Shown here one piece after another: positions 42,979 to 53,916 of a DNA stretch of 64,000 bases. This stretch comes from Cyanidioschyzon merolae (Eukaryota). The notes beneath the pieces are model-generated. The model was not told the DNA's origin and searched no databases. It was given only the letters and a program-made list of their open reading frames with translations. The stretch lies in NCBI GenBank assembly GCA_000091205.1, contig AP006488.2; one strand, given 5' to 3'. The translations under genes were made by a program, and so were the position numbers. Each line of letters starts with the position of its first letter. Positions within the stretch are counted from its first letter, which is position 1.

Positions 42979-44964
42979 CTAACGCTCCCTCGAAACGCTC
43001 ATGATGCGCAGTGGATGTGCCTCGGTGTTGAAAACCCATTCATTCTTGATGTCAAGCGCTGCATCGTCCGAGAAGAGTAAATACGCGTACTTGAGCGTCT
43101 CTGCCAAGAGAAAACTTTCCATTTTGTCGATCGGTATCCGGCAGCCGTTGTCTGGATCTCTACAACCAACGTAACCGCCCGAGGGCACGCGGGTGTACCA
43201 TTCCATGGCCTGGAATATTGTCCATCCCCAGTCTCGGTATTTGGGGTCATGTGTCGCTCTCCAGAGATAAAACAGCGCCTCCAAAGTCTCCGGGCGCTGA
43301 TGGTAACCGCGCACATAGCTCCGAATCTGCACCAGGGGACGATCCGCGTAAGGCGAGTCTTGCGGCGAGGATGGCTGCACCTCGACGCTCTCGCTACTGA
43401 GGCCCGCATTCACCAGATACATTTCGAAGCAGAATCGAGCATGTTCACCGGCTAAGCGGAGAAGACGCTCCGCGCGATCGTTTCGAACGGAGGCGTCCCA
43501 TTGCTCGGGCGGCACCGCCAAGACAAATAGACTGGACGCGAAGCACGACAAATGATCGGGCTGGTGGATTTCTTCGCTATTCGAGAGCACGACCGGCCAG
43601 CTCACGTTCACAAAGCGCTTCAGCGGTTGCTTGAGTTGGTGTTGGCGTTCAGTCTGACGCGCTGGGTCGCTCGGTGACTCGAGCGTCTCGATCAGAACGC
43701 CGCGTCGGAAAACAATTCGTTCCAAAGCGTCGATGATGCGATCGCTTTCACGTCGCCAAAAGGGATCGGTACGACCGAGTTGAATGTAGGATTTGAGAAT
43801 GTATTCGTAGTATGAGTCACCGGCAGCGCCCAAATTCACAAAACGTACGATTTCGGCGGACTTGTTCACAAAGCTGCTCCCATCCGCACTGCTAAGGATG
43901 TTGTTTGGCAGGCCATCGAGCGGAGCTCGCGCGATAATATCGCGCAGAACCTGGTCAGCGCGTTCGGCAAGTCCTTTTAACAGAGGGTCCCGCGTGGCTG
44001 CGCCCAGCGCTCGAAACTCCAGTTGTAGCGTACCGCACTCGCTCAGGACGACTCGTTCCGCAGCTCGACAGGTCACGATGGTTCCGTTCTCGTCATCGGA
44101 TCCCGTACGCTGACTCCGGACTCGAAACCGACAAGATGGATGTGGCATGCGAGGCGGTGGACGCCCCAGGAACGCATGGGCAAATAAATGTCCCAGTTCT
44201 TCAGCCTTCTGGAGGAAGAGCGGGTCTCCACTAAGTTGGTAGGTAGAGAGGAGCCCCCCGAGCAGACGAATATTCATCTCGAAGATGGATACTGGCTCCG
44301 CTTTGGGTCTCGCAAATCGGTGCTCGGAACGCGCAAGCCAAGCTCGAGCGTCTCGAAACTCATCATGGAGCCCCATGAGGTACAGTGTGTCCAACGCATC
44401 GATCAGGGTCAGGCCGACTCCATTCATGCTGTCCTCGTAACTGTGCGAGAGCGGACGCAGTTCGTCGTGATCCCAGGCGTACTGGCGATACCCCCGCCAC
44501 GCGTGTTGCATCGCTCGACGCACCGCTTCCCTGCGCCGCTCGTTACGAGTCACGTCGTCCAAGAAGAGTTCGTTTCCCAGCGTCAGGTTTGGCCGCAGCG
44601 CCGGGGGCCACCGCGAGTAGGATTGATGGCGCCGCTGAGTCGAGCCCGCCGACAACGCCTTCGCCAAAAGACCGGGCAGCCTCGGCTGCAGACGCCCAGC
44701 CAACTCGTTTTCGTCATCAAGAGCTTGAGGACGCCCCACTCGATACATCCACAGAAGCAGTGTGAATACCGTGAGTGCGAGCAGCTGGCGATAGTACCGG
44801 AAACGGCTGAACGTGCGTTGCCAGCTGTTGATCGTGCGGTGCACCGTACGCCTTGTCAGACCAGGATTCAACCCGCAAAACGTGTTCATTGTTTTGGACC
44901 CACAAAAATCGAGCTCGTGGTAACTTGCCTTTGGGACATGTTGCTCGACTGGGCGCCACTGCAT
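42979..44964 (-). CDS. Class I alpha-1,2-mannosidase (glycoside hydrolase family 47, ER mannosidase I/MNS1-like) with an N-terminal signal anchor.
   Basis: GH47 blocks 'SIFEMNIRLLGGLLSTYQLSGD', 'GAAGDSYYEYILKSY' and 'AETLKYAYLLFSDD'. The type-II anchor is RFRYYRQLLALTVFTLLLWMY. ATG start confirmed. Confidence 0.9.
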   Translation of the reverse strand: MQWRPVEQHVPKASYHELDFCGSKTMNTFCGLNPGLTRRTVHRTINSWQRTFSRFRYYRQLLALTVFTLLLWMYRVGRPQALDDENELAGRLQPRLPGLLAKALSAGSTQRRHQSYSRWPPALRPNLTLGNELFLDDVTRNERRREAVRRAMQHAWRGYRQYAWDHDELRPLSHSYEDSMNGVGLTLIDALDTLYLMGLHDEFRDARAWLARSEHRFARPKAEPVSIFEMNIRLLGGLLSTYQLSGDPLFLQKAEELGHLFAHAFLGRPPPRMPHPSCRFRVRSQRTGSDDENGTIVTCRAAERVVLSECGTLQLEFRALGAATRDPLLKGLAERADQVLRDIIARAPLDGLPNNILSSADGSSFVNKSAEIVRFVNLGAAGDSYYEYILKSYIQLGRTDPFWRRESDRIIDALERIVFRRGVLIETLESPSDPARQTERQHQLKQPLKRFVNVSWPVVLSNSEEIHQPDHLSCFASSLFVLAVPPEQWDASVRNDRAERLLRLAGEHARFCFEMYLVNAGLSSESVEVQPSSPQDSPYADRPLVQIRSYVRGYHQRPETLEALFYLWRATHDPKYRDWGWTIFQAMEWYTRVPSGGYVGCRDPDNGCRIPIDKMESFLLAETLKYAYLLFSDDAALDIKNEWVFNTEAHPLRIMSVSRER

Positions 44965-46040
44965 GACGGGAGAAACGGTGAGACGCTTTTCTCCTCCAAA
45001 GTGTGCCCAGCCTTCAGTGGCACTTGCGTCCGCACTTCTTGATTGAGGATCCTAGCGCACGATGTACTGTAAAAGTCACCAAAAGATAAAATGATGTTCG
45101 TATAAAAGTTCCTTGCGTCCAGTATGAATACGGAAAAGCCGGGTGAAACAGTCCTGTGCCACGATTCGAAGAGAAAACGGGACAATTGCGGATTTTACGA
45201 ACGGCTCGCACGGACGGTAAGGCCCATGCGCCGAGAAAGCGCCGCGAGATCTCTCGCCACCACCAGCCCTGAAACGGATCGGAACGGCCGTGCTCAAGGC
45301 CTCTGGATAGATTTGACCAGGAAGATTTATTTTTATACTACATAGGAAGGTCTCGGGTAGAGACGCTTCCAGTTGGCTTTTTCTGTTTGCAATGTACGGG
45401 CCTCGACGAAGCCAGTCCACAGCCGATTCGCAGATGCCTCCGTGTTTCAGAGAAGTCAGAACATTGCAGCTTCTTATATCTGAGCAGCTTGACACTCAGC
45501 GCAACTTGTCAGTCGTCATCCGTTTCGGGCGGCTGCGCAGAACCATGAGGCGGCAAGCGCATTCGACGGCGCGGCACACGCATGCGACACCCCAGCGTGC
45601 ATCCGTGCACGACAAACGCAACGCCCCCAAGTATGACCTTCCACACTGGATCACTGGGAACTTAGAGGCATTCTGGAGGCAGCGGCCGTCTTTCCGCTGG
45701 TCACCAGCAGCATCCTCAGCACCTGTGTACCCGGATCAACGCAGGGCCAGTGCAAGGTTGCCGATCCTTCGAAAAGACGCTGGCGTACCGCCAGCGCACA
45801 GAGTGTAACCCGTACGAACAAACGCGCGCGCGTGTGCTGCGGCGGCTCGCGGCAAATGCGCCCGCGATTTTGAAACGCCGATCGGTGTGTGCGCGTCGAC
45901 TGCGCAAGCGCCGTTTCTCGTGGGCGAAAAAACCGCCAGTAGCGCTGGTTTTCTGTGAGTCGCCTAAGCGGTACTTGAGGACTGTCCAAACGCAACATCA
46001 GTGATGTATTCATGCACTTGCAGTCGAGTACGATGGGCAA

Positions 46041-46679
46041 GTGATGACTCCGGTGCGACCTCTGAGCGTGAAGACGTCTTTACGCGAGCCAGCGGGCTTT
46101 CGGCTACCGTTGACTCTAGATGAAGGCCGCACGCTTTTCGAAAAGCGTTCGGCGACGATGAGCGCCTCACGACCGAACACTTGCATCAACTTAGATACGC
46201 AGTGTAGATCCATTCTACGCGATAACAATCACCAAGCGATATCCTCGAGTGAAGCGACGCTCGCAAAGCGCGTGGCGACACTGAATGCGCTCATCGAAGC
46301 CATCGAGTACAGCAAGGCGATTTACGTGCACTACGACTACAGTGCCGCAGCTCGTGCTGGCGGTGCGATCGATTTGTTGCGCGTGAAGCAGGCAGTGGTT
46401 AAGGCTGCCGGTGCACTCGGTCTGCGTCGCTCCGTTGTGCAGACGTTGCAAAGCTGCTCACCAGAGACGCTGACCAACGAGTGGCTTCTGACGGTGGTGA
46501 TAGACGGCTGGTATCGACCGCCGTCGCCGTTACCGCGACCCGAGGAGGCATCGGGGAAATCTCTATATCCAGGTTCGGAAGCTGCAGAGCCGACTGTCGA
46601 GACGCAAACGGTGCGCAAGCCGCGCGTATCGCAGTCTATCGAGCGAACACGCGGTTTCTGTTGTTGTCGCTGCATGTAG
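46041..46679 (+). CDS. Hypothetical 210-aa protein.
   Basis: ORF between two minus-strand genes, ATG at 46044. No motif recognised. Coding status is uncertain. Confidence 0.25.
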   Translation: MMTPVRPLSVKTSLREPAGFRLPLTLDEGRTLFEKRSATMSASRPNTCINLDTQCRSILRDNNHQAISSSEATLAKRVATLNALIEAIEYSKAIYVHYDYSAAARAGGAIDLLRVKQAVVKAAGALGLRRSVVQTLQSCSPETLTNEWLLTVVIDGWYRPPSPLPRPEEASGKSLYPGSEAAEPTVETQTVRKPRVSQSIERTRGFCCCRCM

Positions 46680-46705
46680 GATCGGTGTCCGCATTCGAGC
46701 CTCTG

Positions 46706-49700
46706 CTAGGCGTTTGGCTCCTCATCCAGTGCGTCGAGCTGGTGAATCAGTGCCCTGCATCTTGCGTGGATGGTTTCGTGGGTCCGGCAGCATTCGTGGA
46801 ACATGTTATCAGCTCTCGGAATGACAGCTAAAGCGCAGCTATAGAGTTGACCGAGAATCTCTTCATCGAGCCAGGAAAAGCGGCGCTGCAACAGTGCCTC
46901 GACGACGGATGACGCAATGTTCCGGTGTGCTGGGTACCAGCGTAACTGGATGGCTGCAGTGGCTGCCCCGCGTAATCTTTTGGGGTCCTGCGAACGCTGA
47001 GCGTATACTGAGGCCAAAGCCAGCGCTTTTGCACCACAGTGAGTATCCAGGAACTCGACACAACGCCAAGTACGGGGCAGAAGCGAGTACGCTCTCAATG
47101 CCGGCCACTGTAAACGCTTGAGCTGTGCTGAGGCTTCCGCAGGGCAGTCCCAAAACTTGTTGAGATGCGCAGCGATCACCAATAAACGTTCAGGACTTGC
47201 AAGCGCCAGCGATTGCACGAAAGACTTCAGTGCTAGCTTCGCACGTTCGTGACCGCCAGGGCTGGCAGAGGCCCACAGCATCCCGTCCAGAATCGCCAAA
47301 ACGCAATGTGCTGGAGTTTCATCAGCAGCGAGCGCTGCTTCAAAGACGCTGAAAATGTGCTCTTCTGCGTCCGTCAGTGGCTTGCGAAAATCACGCGAGA
47401 GAGGCACTGTCCCGTCTGCTAGCGCGAACAACTGCGCTAAACGCTCCCTTGCCAGTGCCCGGACACTGTCAACTCGATCGAAACAGAGAAACAAGAGCGA
47501 CGGTACGAGCGCGGAAGAAAGAGCTTCCCGTTGCGGTCCCGTTAACGCGGTCTGCCATAGAAACGGCAGCACCTCGAGTGCGGCTTCGCGTACCCAGCAG
47601 CCACTGTCACCTCTAGCCGAGGTGATGTGGAAGCACAAGGACGCCGTCCAAGTCTCTAGAAGTGCGTACCAGGCCTCTGTGCGCCTCGTAGCGTCCGTGT
47701 CGCTGCATACTTGTGTCTCTACCAGCAGCGGCAACGACTCGACGATAGCGCGCGCACTCGCATGGTCCTGGGCATCTGCACAACGCTGGAGCGTGTCCTT
47801 CAGTAACGCTATATCGGTCGAGTGCCCGCTTACGGCAACGAGGACACCAAGCAGGACACAGGCTGCGTACCTGCACGGGTCCGGAACAGACGAGCGCGAT
47901 CGCTGCAACTTATTGACGAGAAGACGACGCTTTCTCGGCAGGTGAATTGTATGCACACATTGTTGGCGCCAGTGCGAAACAAGATCCGAACGCAAGCGGT
48001 TATGTTCAAAGTAGAGGAAAAGTGCCCGGCGCGCAACGGAGGCCAAGGCTGCAGCATGGTGCTCCAGCGAGCGCAGCAAATAGTCCGGTACGAGAGGATT
48101 GCAGCTGATGCACTCATGGCCGACTTCAAGCAGGGCAAGCAGCAGATCACAACGTGCACGTACGATATGCTCTGCCTCGGACTCGGTGTGAACTTGAACG
48201 GCGCATTCCATCCAGAGTGGTAGGTTGTCCAGCGGAAGCGTCATTGGCTCCGGCGTTCGTCGTGCAAGCGCACCCAGAAAGCACAGCGCTCCGTGATGCG
48301 CAGCCGCCGTGTTCTCCGTAGCCTTTCCTGTTGCGTACATCCAACACAGCTCCAACACCGCAGGCAGCGCCGTTGATACGTCTCTCGCAAACCCGCGCTC
48401 TGTGCCATCTGCCGCCGATATCGCAGCAACAGACGTCCCTGCGGTCGATACCGATCGTTCGGGCGGTGCCGCAGCAGATGCGCCCGTGAAGACATCAACC
48501 AGGGCTCTGGCTGCTCGGAATCGGATCAACGGGTCTGGTGAAACGAATAACTTGTACCGGAGCAAGTAGCACTGAATCTCGCCGGCATATTGCTGCCCGG
48601 CAGTGGCGCACAAGGCGTTGGTGAGTAAACCAAACGTAGCGTCACAGTCGGCAACACTGTAGAAGTTGACGCGATCTGCAAGGAATAGTGCGCATGGTAC
48701 AGAATCACCCCAGCGACCAGCGCATTCCTGGAGCGCTGCTGCTGCCGCTCGTCTGCATTGCACTTCACGATCATAGAGTGCGGTACATAGCAGAAGGGAG
48801 GCGATGTCGCGGCTCATCTCGCTACATGCTGTTGATGGCAAATACCGCGCGAAGGACCAGAAGACGTAGCAGGCCGCATCGCGAAGGGCCTGGTCTTCAC
48901 GCCGCAGATGATCGGGGCGTTCTAGTCCAGCTGTGAGCGCGCTGGACGTCCAGTCTATCAGGCCGCGGAGATCACCCAGAGGAACGAGTTGTGCACGCGC
49001 CAGTTCCGCGAGAAGCACACACGCACTTTGGCAGGCAATGACATCGCTTGTGCTGGTGTTTCTAATCATGTCCAGCAACTGCACAACGAGGTCGCTGTGT
49101 GCTTCCGCCGGCATCAGCCTGACCAGACCGGCGACAGCAGCAGCGGCAGCCCAGCGCGAACGGGTGTCCGCAGATAACCATATTTTTACCAGGTTCTCAA
49201 GTACCTCGAGGACTTGTGCGAGCACATCGCTTCCCCTCTGAAGCGTCAACAGACATCGACCAAACTGTTTCAGAAGCTTGACACGGGCATGCCCTGTGAG
49301 GATCCGGTACCCTGCACCGAGAAACACTTGGATGATCGGCATCATGGACTGCAGATCCTGTTCATTTCGGGCATGTTTCAGGAGCAACGCGAGATGATAG
49401 CAGAGATTCTGGAGAGCATGGGCTGCGTCATGTGCCAACTGCCTGTTGATTTCGCTGGCCAGCCAGCGCAGGTGCTCGTCGAATAGCCTCGAGGTGGAAG
49501 GTCGCATGTCACGCGTCACCAGTCGACTCATGAAACGGGATGCAGGTACTGCAGCAGCGCTGGCGGCGATCAGCCAGCTCCGTGCAACACCCAGGAGGCC
49601 ACTCGTCAGCTGTTCGTCAAGTGCGAACGGAGCTTGCGCCGCCAACTCCGCCCAACCGAACAACACGTAGGCGACTTGCCAAGGTGTCGTAACCGGTGTT

Positions 49701-50062
49701 TGAATGGGATGTTCCTTCAGCATCAGTTGGAAAAGCCAAAGTACTGTCGGGCGCTCGACTGGAAGCAGTTGGCAGACAGAGGCTAGACCTCGGACCTTGC
49801 ATAGCCGGTAAAACGCGTCGCAGGCGAGGTAACCGATGTTGTCGCATGTTATAGGCTTCTCAAGCGCGCTTCTGAGCACTCCAGCGAGTGTCGTTACAAG
49901 GCGCTCAAGAACGGCGTCCAGTACCGTCCCGTCCTCTTGAAAGGTCTCGATGAGCGTCGCGAGTTGCGCGTACGCATCGCTCTCGCCCAAGCACGACGTT
50001 CGTAACCACCGCTCAATCGCTGCACACTCTGGAACCGCCGCAGAAGTTTCGCTGTCCGCCAT
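46706..50062 (-). CDS. TBCD: Tubulin-folding cofactor D (TBCD), a HEAT-repeat protein.
   Basis: 'RDAACYVFWSFARYLPS' and 'ALYDREVQCRRAAAAALQECAGRWG' align to human TBCD 'RDAACYVCWAFARAYEP' and '[25 protein letters not shown]'. The 1,118-aa length, helical-repeat composition and ATG start fit. Confidence 0.85.
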   Translation of the reverse strand: MADSETSAAVPECAAIERWLRTSCLGESDAYAQLATLIETFQEDGTVLDAVLERLVTTLAGVLRSALEKPITCDNIGYLACDAFYRLCKVRGLASVCQLLPVERPTVLWLFQLMLKEHPIQTPVTTPWQVAYVLFGWAELAAQAPFALDEQLTSGLLGVARSWLIAASAAAVPASRFMSRLVTRDMRPSTSRLFDEHLRWLASEINRQLAHDAAHALQNLCYHLALLLKHARNEQDLQSMMPIIQVFLGAGYRILTGHARVKLLKQFGRCLLTLQRGSDVLAQVLEVLENLVKIWLSADTRSRWAAAAAVAGLVRLMPAEAHSDLVVQLLDMIRNTSTSDVIACQSACVLLAELARAQLVPLGDLRGLIDWTSSALTAGLERPDHLRREDQALRDAACYVFWSFARYLPSTACSEMSRDIASLLLCTALYDREVQCRRAAAAALQECAGRWGDSVPCALFLADRVNFYSVADCDATFGLLTNALCATAGQQYAGEIQCYLLRYKLFVSPDPLIRFRAARALVDVFTGASAAAPPERSVSTAGTSVAAISAADGTERGFARDVSTALPAVLELCWMYATGKATENTAAAHHGALCFLGALARRTPEPMTLPLDNLPLWMECAVQVHTESEAEHIVRARCDLLLALLEVGHECISCNPLVPDYLLRSLEHHAAALASVARRALFLYFEHNRLRSDLVSHWRQQCVHTIHLPRKRRLLVNKLQRSRSSVPDPCRYAACVLLGVLVAVSGHSTDIALLKDTLQRCADAQDHASARAIVESLPLLVETQVCSDTDATRRTEAWYALLETWTASLCFHITSARGDSGCWVREAALEVLPFLWQTALTGPQREALSSALVPSLLFLCFDRVDSVRALARERLAQLFALADGTVPLSRDFRKPLTDAEEHIFSVFEAALAADETPAHCVLAILDGMLWASASPGGHERAKLALKSFVQSLALASPERLLVIAAHLNKFWDCPAEASAQLKRLQWPALRAYSLLPRTWRCVEFLDTHCGAKALALASVYAQRSQDPKRLRGAATAAIQLRWYPAHRNIASSVVEALLQRRFSWLDEEILGQLYSCALAVIPRADNMFHECCRTHETIHARCRALIHQLDALDEEPNA

Positions 50063-50529
50063 AGAGCGACTTTCAGTGGCTGTTTTCCGGTGGACCTGCT
50101 TTGACAGGTTGAGAAAGGTGCAGCGGCTGTCTCAGATCGCTTCGCCGAGAACACCGAGCGCCGTCGCAAGCAAGCCCAAAGGCCGGCGTGCAACGGCCTC
50201 GAAACGCCTCCGCTACAAAGCTCGTTTTGTTCCAGTGCACACTGGACGCGTCGAATTCCACTGATCTGAGGGCGCGATCACCGCCACAGTCGATGTGGCA
50301 AGCGTCCTTGGCTAGACCGCGGTCGCGCCTGCGTTCCTGCAGAGAAGCACCCCAGAATGGGGATGATGTGCGCAGGTGTTTGCGCGCGCACTTTTGCCGC
50401 GCGCGATTTCGATTTTATCGCCTTCAACGCTTATCTGCTTCACTCTGCTGCGGTGTAGAGCCGGAGATCGACGTCACGGTAGAATGTACCCTATAGACCG
50501 TAGACGGACTGCTTGTGGGATATATATTG

Positions 50530-51700
50530 TTTAATGGTCAGTACAAGAAGGACTGCATTCTCTCTTCAGCATGGTCACACCACAGTACTCAGATGGGTAC
50601 GGAAGACTGCGGGAAAAAGAGTATGCGCTTGGCCCCATAAACCGATATTATGAAAGACTGGCTGCGGTCAATGGTCGAAATCGACCCGTTAATGACCTTA
50701 CGGAATGCAAAACGAGGTGGTGGCCGACATGTACGTTTCTGTTTCTCAACAGATTGTTCATGTTGTCTTGAAAACATATGAATACAATCGCGAAAGGAGC
50801 GTCAGATTTCACCCGAGGTCATCTACCGACATCGAAACGACAGCGTTCCTGGAACAAAGGGATCAATATGGAGCACAGGGACGTCGATTTGTTTTTCTCA
50901 GACGATGGGACTTGTTTCGGACGAAATGGTCAGGGCGCGAATGGGTACTCGCGGAGCAGGGAGCCCGTTGTATGTACAATCGAACTAGAAGGTAGCTAAG
51001 GCATCATCATCTGTTCTAGATACAGTTGGTTCACGTAGCGGCCGCAGTATCGTTCGTACAGGAGGCTCATCCAACAGCATCAACGACTTTGTCGAAGTAC
51101 TCGAACTTCTTTCCTTGACGTCCAGAAACGCACTGCTTTGGATGCCGTGGCATCTCATCGTTTCCCTTGCGTTCGAGCTTTTGCCGATTCTATCGGGGTA
51201 GAGCTGCGTTTCATTCCTTCGTACGCTTTGTGGTCCAATCGCATAAAAAGGAGTGTTGCCTGTCGTGAAACGTAGTGATCGCTCCACTGGACGAATCGCT
51301 GAAGCGTTCATCACACGGGGACATATTAAGGCACATTTCGTGTTCCTTGAGCCAGTCCTGCTCGCTCCGGGAACGTCCTCACCACAACCTATAAAAAACT
51401 GCGTTCGTTTTCAAAGAATTAAGGTAGAGCCACGATGCATAATTCAGAAGTTCGACATGGAGAGAAGGCAGCGGAACGCTTCGGCGATAGCAGAGGACGC
51501 AGAGCTGACACAGCACCAAATGGTTCAGAGGGCGCGAGTTCTACGACACTTTGCACTGGTGAGTACAAACAGCGGCAATAAATGCATGGACTTCATGAAC
51601 CGCGACTTTAACGCTGCTATCAAGAACAGACGATTTGATAAGATGAAGACGAGACCCGTGGAGCAGACGCGAGCCAACCTTGTAGGGCAGCCTCTCAGTC
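50530..51700 (+). pseudogene. Degenerate Fanzor/TnpB-like element, copy B. It retains RuvC-III 'NRDFNAAIKNRR' but the zinc-finger Cys have changed to Arg.
   Basis: '...PRCIIQKFDMERRQRNASAIAEDAELTQHQMVQRARVLRHFALVSTNSGNKCMDFMNRDFNAAIKNRRF' aligns residue by residue with copy C 'LDCILHRVEMEKCQRSPEEIAKYGPLTDEQMERRAKVRGLLALGSTINCKKRMEFVNRDFNAAINIRRC'. The upstream part is homologous to copy A at DNA level. Interrupted by stops. Confidence 0.5.
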
Positions 51701-52149
51701 TCGTAGTGTGCATGCAGATACTGAAACCGATAGCAGGCGGCCAGTCGACAAGCGCCCGGAGGAGGCGCCCGCGGATGGGCATCCATTTACCCTGCACGGT
51801 CGTGAACGTATTTTTGTTTCACTCAGGATTGCAAGGTGGAAGATCGAGGCATCGAACTGGAAATCCCGAACGTGTGACTGCTGCTGCTATACCCGGCCAC
51901 ATCGAGCGATGGAAACACCAGAATCGTTCACTGCTTGTCCGGCAGAATCGTTCGCAGTGTGTAAATTCGAGGATCTGCGTCTGTGCTGGACTGTTGAACC
52001 GTACCATACCAGTGCCATGATCCAGGCGAGTATCCAAATGGACTCCCTCACGGTTACTGAAGTTAACCTTATCGAAAATCTCCAGCGCTTCCGAGCAATG
52101 CCCCTACTGGGTACCAAACGAGTGCTTGGAAACGTTGTTCGATAAACAG

Positions 52150-52320
52150 ATGCTACAAGTTCCAGAAGCGCGAAATGCTTCCGGATGTTGATCGAGGCGT
52201 TCAGGGCGCGGTGTGCAAAGTGTGGCGCGCATCGGGTCCTGGTCGACTCGTACCGTGGCAAGTCTGTCACCTTCGATTGCTTTGCCGTTCGGCGTTCGGT
52301 CAGCTTGCCGTTCACCACCT
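52150..52320 (-). other. Second RuvC-III-like relic, copy E ('CAPHFAHRALNASINIRK'), on the opposite strand just 3' of copy B.
   Basis: The minus-strand translation at ~52178-52216 gives the NAxINIR(K/R) core; the catalytic Asp is replaced. Low-confidence remnant. Confidence 0.25.
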
Positions 52321-52968
52321 CGTGCGACAGTCTCTGGCTCAGCTGCTTCTTCTGTATCTAATTCAGGGTGCATCTGAGCTCGGTATGTGTGAATAAAGTA
52401 CAGGACGCGTGAAAGAAAACCGGTTTGAATCGATTCCTGCATCCGTGACTCATGATCACCATTCGTATCAACCGTACAGAAGCTTTCCATCTTGTGGCTA
52501 CTTTGATAGTCTTTTTTGGGAACGTATGGAGTAGTATGGATTGACGGAGAGTCAATCGCACAGAACGAGTTTTGCCACCTTCTGCTTTGGGTGCACGACA
52601 TTCAGAATACGGAGCACGAGAACTGCGCTTTATCTAATGATTGAACGCAGAGTGACTGGCGGGCAGAAATCAAGCCGGTTTGCGCAACCTAGCAGTGATA
52701 GCATGCAGACGTTCTGCTCGACATTCCTGCAATCTACAGCATACATTCCTTTTCTTGCATACCTGCAAGAAAAACAAACAGGGCGAGCTGATATAGGTAT
52801 TCCAGAATTCATTACCCTGAGTATCGCAACGGACCTAGAGGCGCGGGCACCCACTTCCGGGCCAAGCCATCTTTCGATGACGCCGCTCTGTGGTATGCGC
52901 AACATTCGCCGCAAACGAACATGAAATGCACACCGCTCCGTCGATATCGTACCCGAGGGCATGTACTC

Positions 52969-53916
52969 CTAGGTCGACGTTGTTTCTATCGTCTCCAAGG
53001 GTAGTTCCATGCAGGCACCATACTCTGCCCAGCTCCCGTCGTAGATGGCACACTCGGGAATCCCTAATTCATGTAACGCTAGCGCTATGATAGCTGCAGT
53101 GACCCCAGAGCCACACGACGCAACCAGCTGTGGCGATTGCGTGTTCGCGTCTGCTGCTGGAGACGGCACCGCAAGATGCTGGACGCAAGATGAGAAGATT
53201 TGGCGCAACTCGGATACGGGTCGCAGAGAGCATCCCTCATTGCATACAAGTGACTCGTACGGGACGTTGTAGGCTCCGGGAATATGGCCCAGTCGTAGAC
53301 CTGGTCGAGGTTCGGGTTCCTCTCCGCGAAAGCGACCCCGTGAACGCGCATCCAGAAGCCGGATTCGTCGACTTCCCGCAAGATAATCGCAGATTTCCGT
53401 ACGCGAACAAACGAGCTCTCGTCGAAAGCGCAGCGGGAACACGGCACTCGAGGGTGCGGCCTCCGAGTCGCCGCTTCGCGGCGATGGCGTACCAGTTTCT
53501 AGTTCATACCCAGCATTTATCCAGGAACGAAAGCCACCATCAAGTACGAACACTCGATCAATACCAAAGACGCGAAACATCCACCAAGCCCGAGCAGCTG
53601 CAATGAATGCCCCGTTCCGGGCATAGCAGACGATGGCGGTGTCAGCAGGGTCAGGTGTTCGAGGACGAATACGAAGACGTTCCAAACACTCGCGAAAGGC
53701 TTCTGCGCTTCGCGGAAGCATATGAGGGAGCGGGGTTTCTTTATCGGCTACTTCGTCGATGTCAAAGCGAATCGATGTGGGTATCCGCGCCTTGGTGAAC
53801 TCGGCAGCAGCGTCCTTTCCAGCCGAAGGCATGTACCACGTCGCGTCCAGTACGCAGCAGCGCTTCAGTTCCGCTCTGAGCCAGGCTGGAGAAACCAACG
53901 CTGAAACCCACATTTT
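52969..53916 (-). CDS. MPST: 3-mercaptopyruvate sulfurtransferase with a tandem rhodanese fold. The ORF continues in-frame to a TTG at 54105; the first ATG is ~53916.
   Basis: It aligns to human MPST from the N-terminus (ALVSPAWLRAELKRCCVLDATWYMPSAGKDAAAEFTKARIPTSIRFDIDE vs ALVSAQWVAEALR...[34 protein letters not shown]). It has the MST-type active-site loop 'CGSGVTA' (not the TST 'CRKGVTA'), plus 'RFRGEEPEPRPG...GHIPGAYNVPY'. Confidence 0.85.
   Translation of the reverse strand, partial: KMWVSALVSPAWLRAELKRCCVLDATWYMPSAGKDAAAEFTKARIPTSIRFDIDEVADKETPLPHMLPRSAEAFRECLERLRIRPRTPDPADTAIVCYARNGAFIAAARAWWMFRVFGIDRVFVLDGGFRSWINAGYELETGTPSPRSGDSEAAPSSAVFPLRFRRELVCSRTEICDYLAGSRRIRLLDARSRGRFRGEEPEPRPGLRLGHIPGAYNVPYESLVCNEGCSLRPVSELRQIFSSCVQHLAVPSPAADANTQSPQLVASCGSGVTAAIIALALHELGIPECAIYDGSWAEYGACMELPLETIETTST

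Noticed and set aside
44188-45042. 284-aa + strand ORF.
   Set aside because: It lies entirely antisense to the well-supported GH47 mannosidase gene. It has low complexity and no motif. It is a typical antisense ORF in GC-rich coding DNA.
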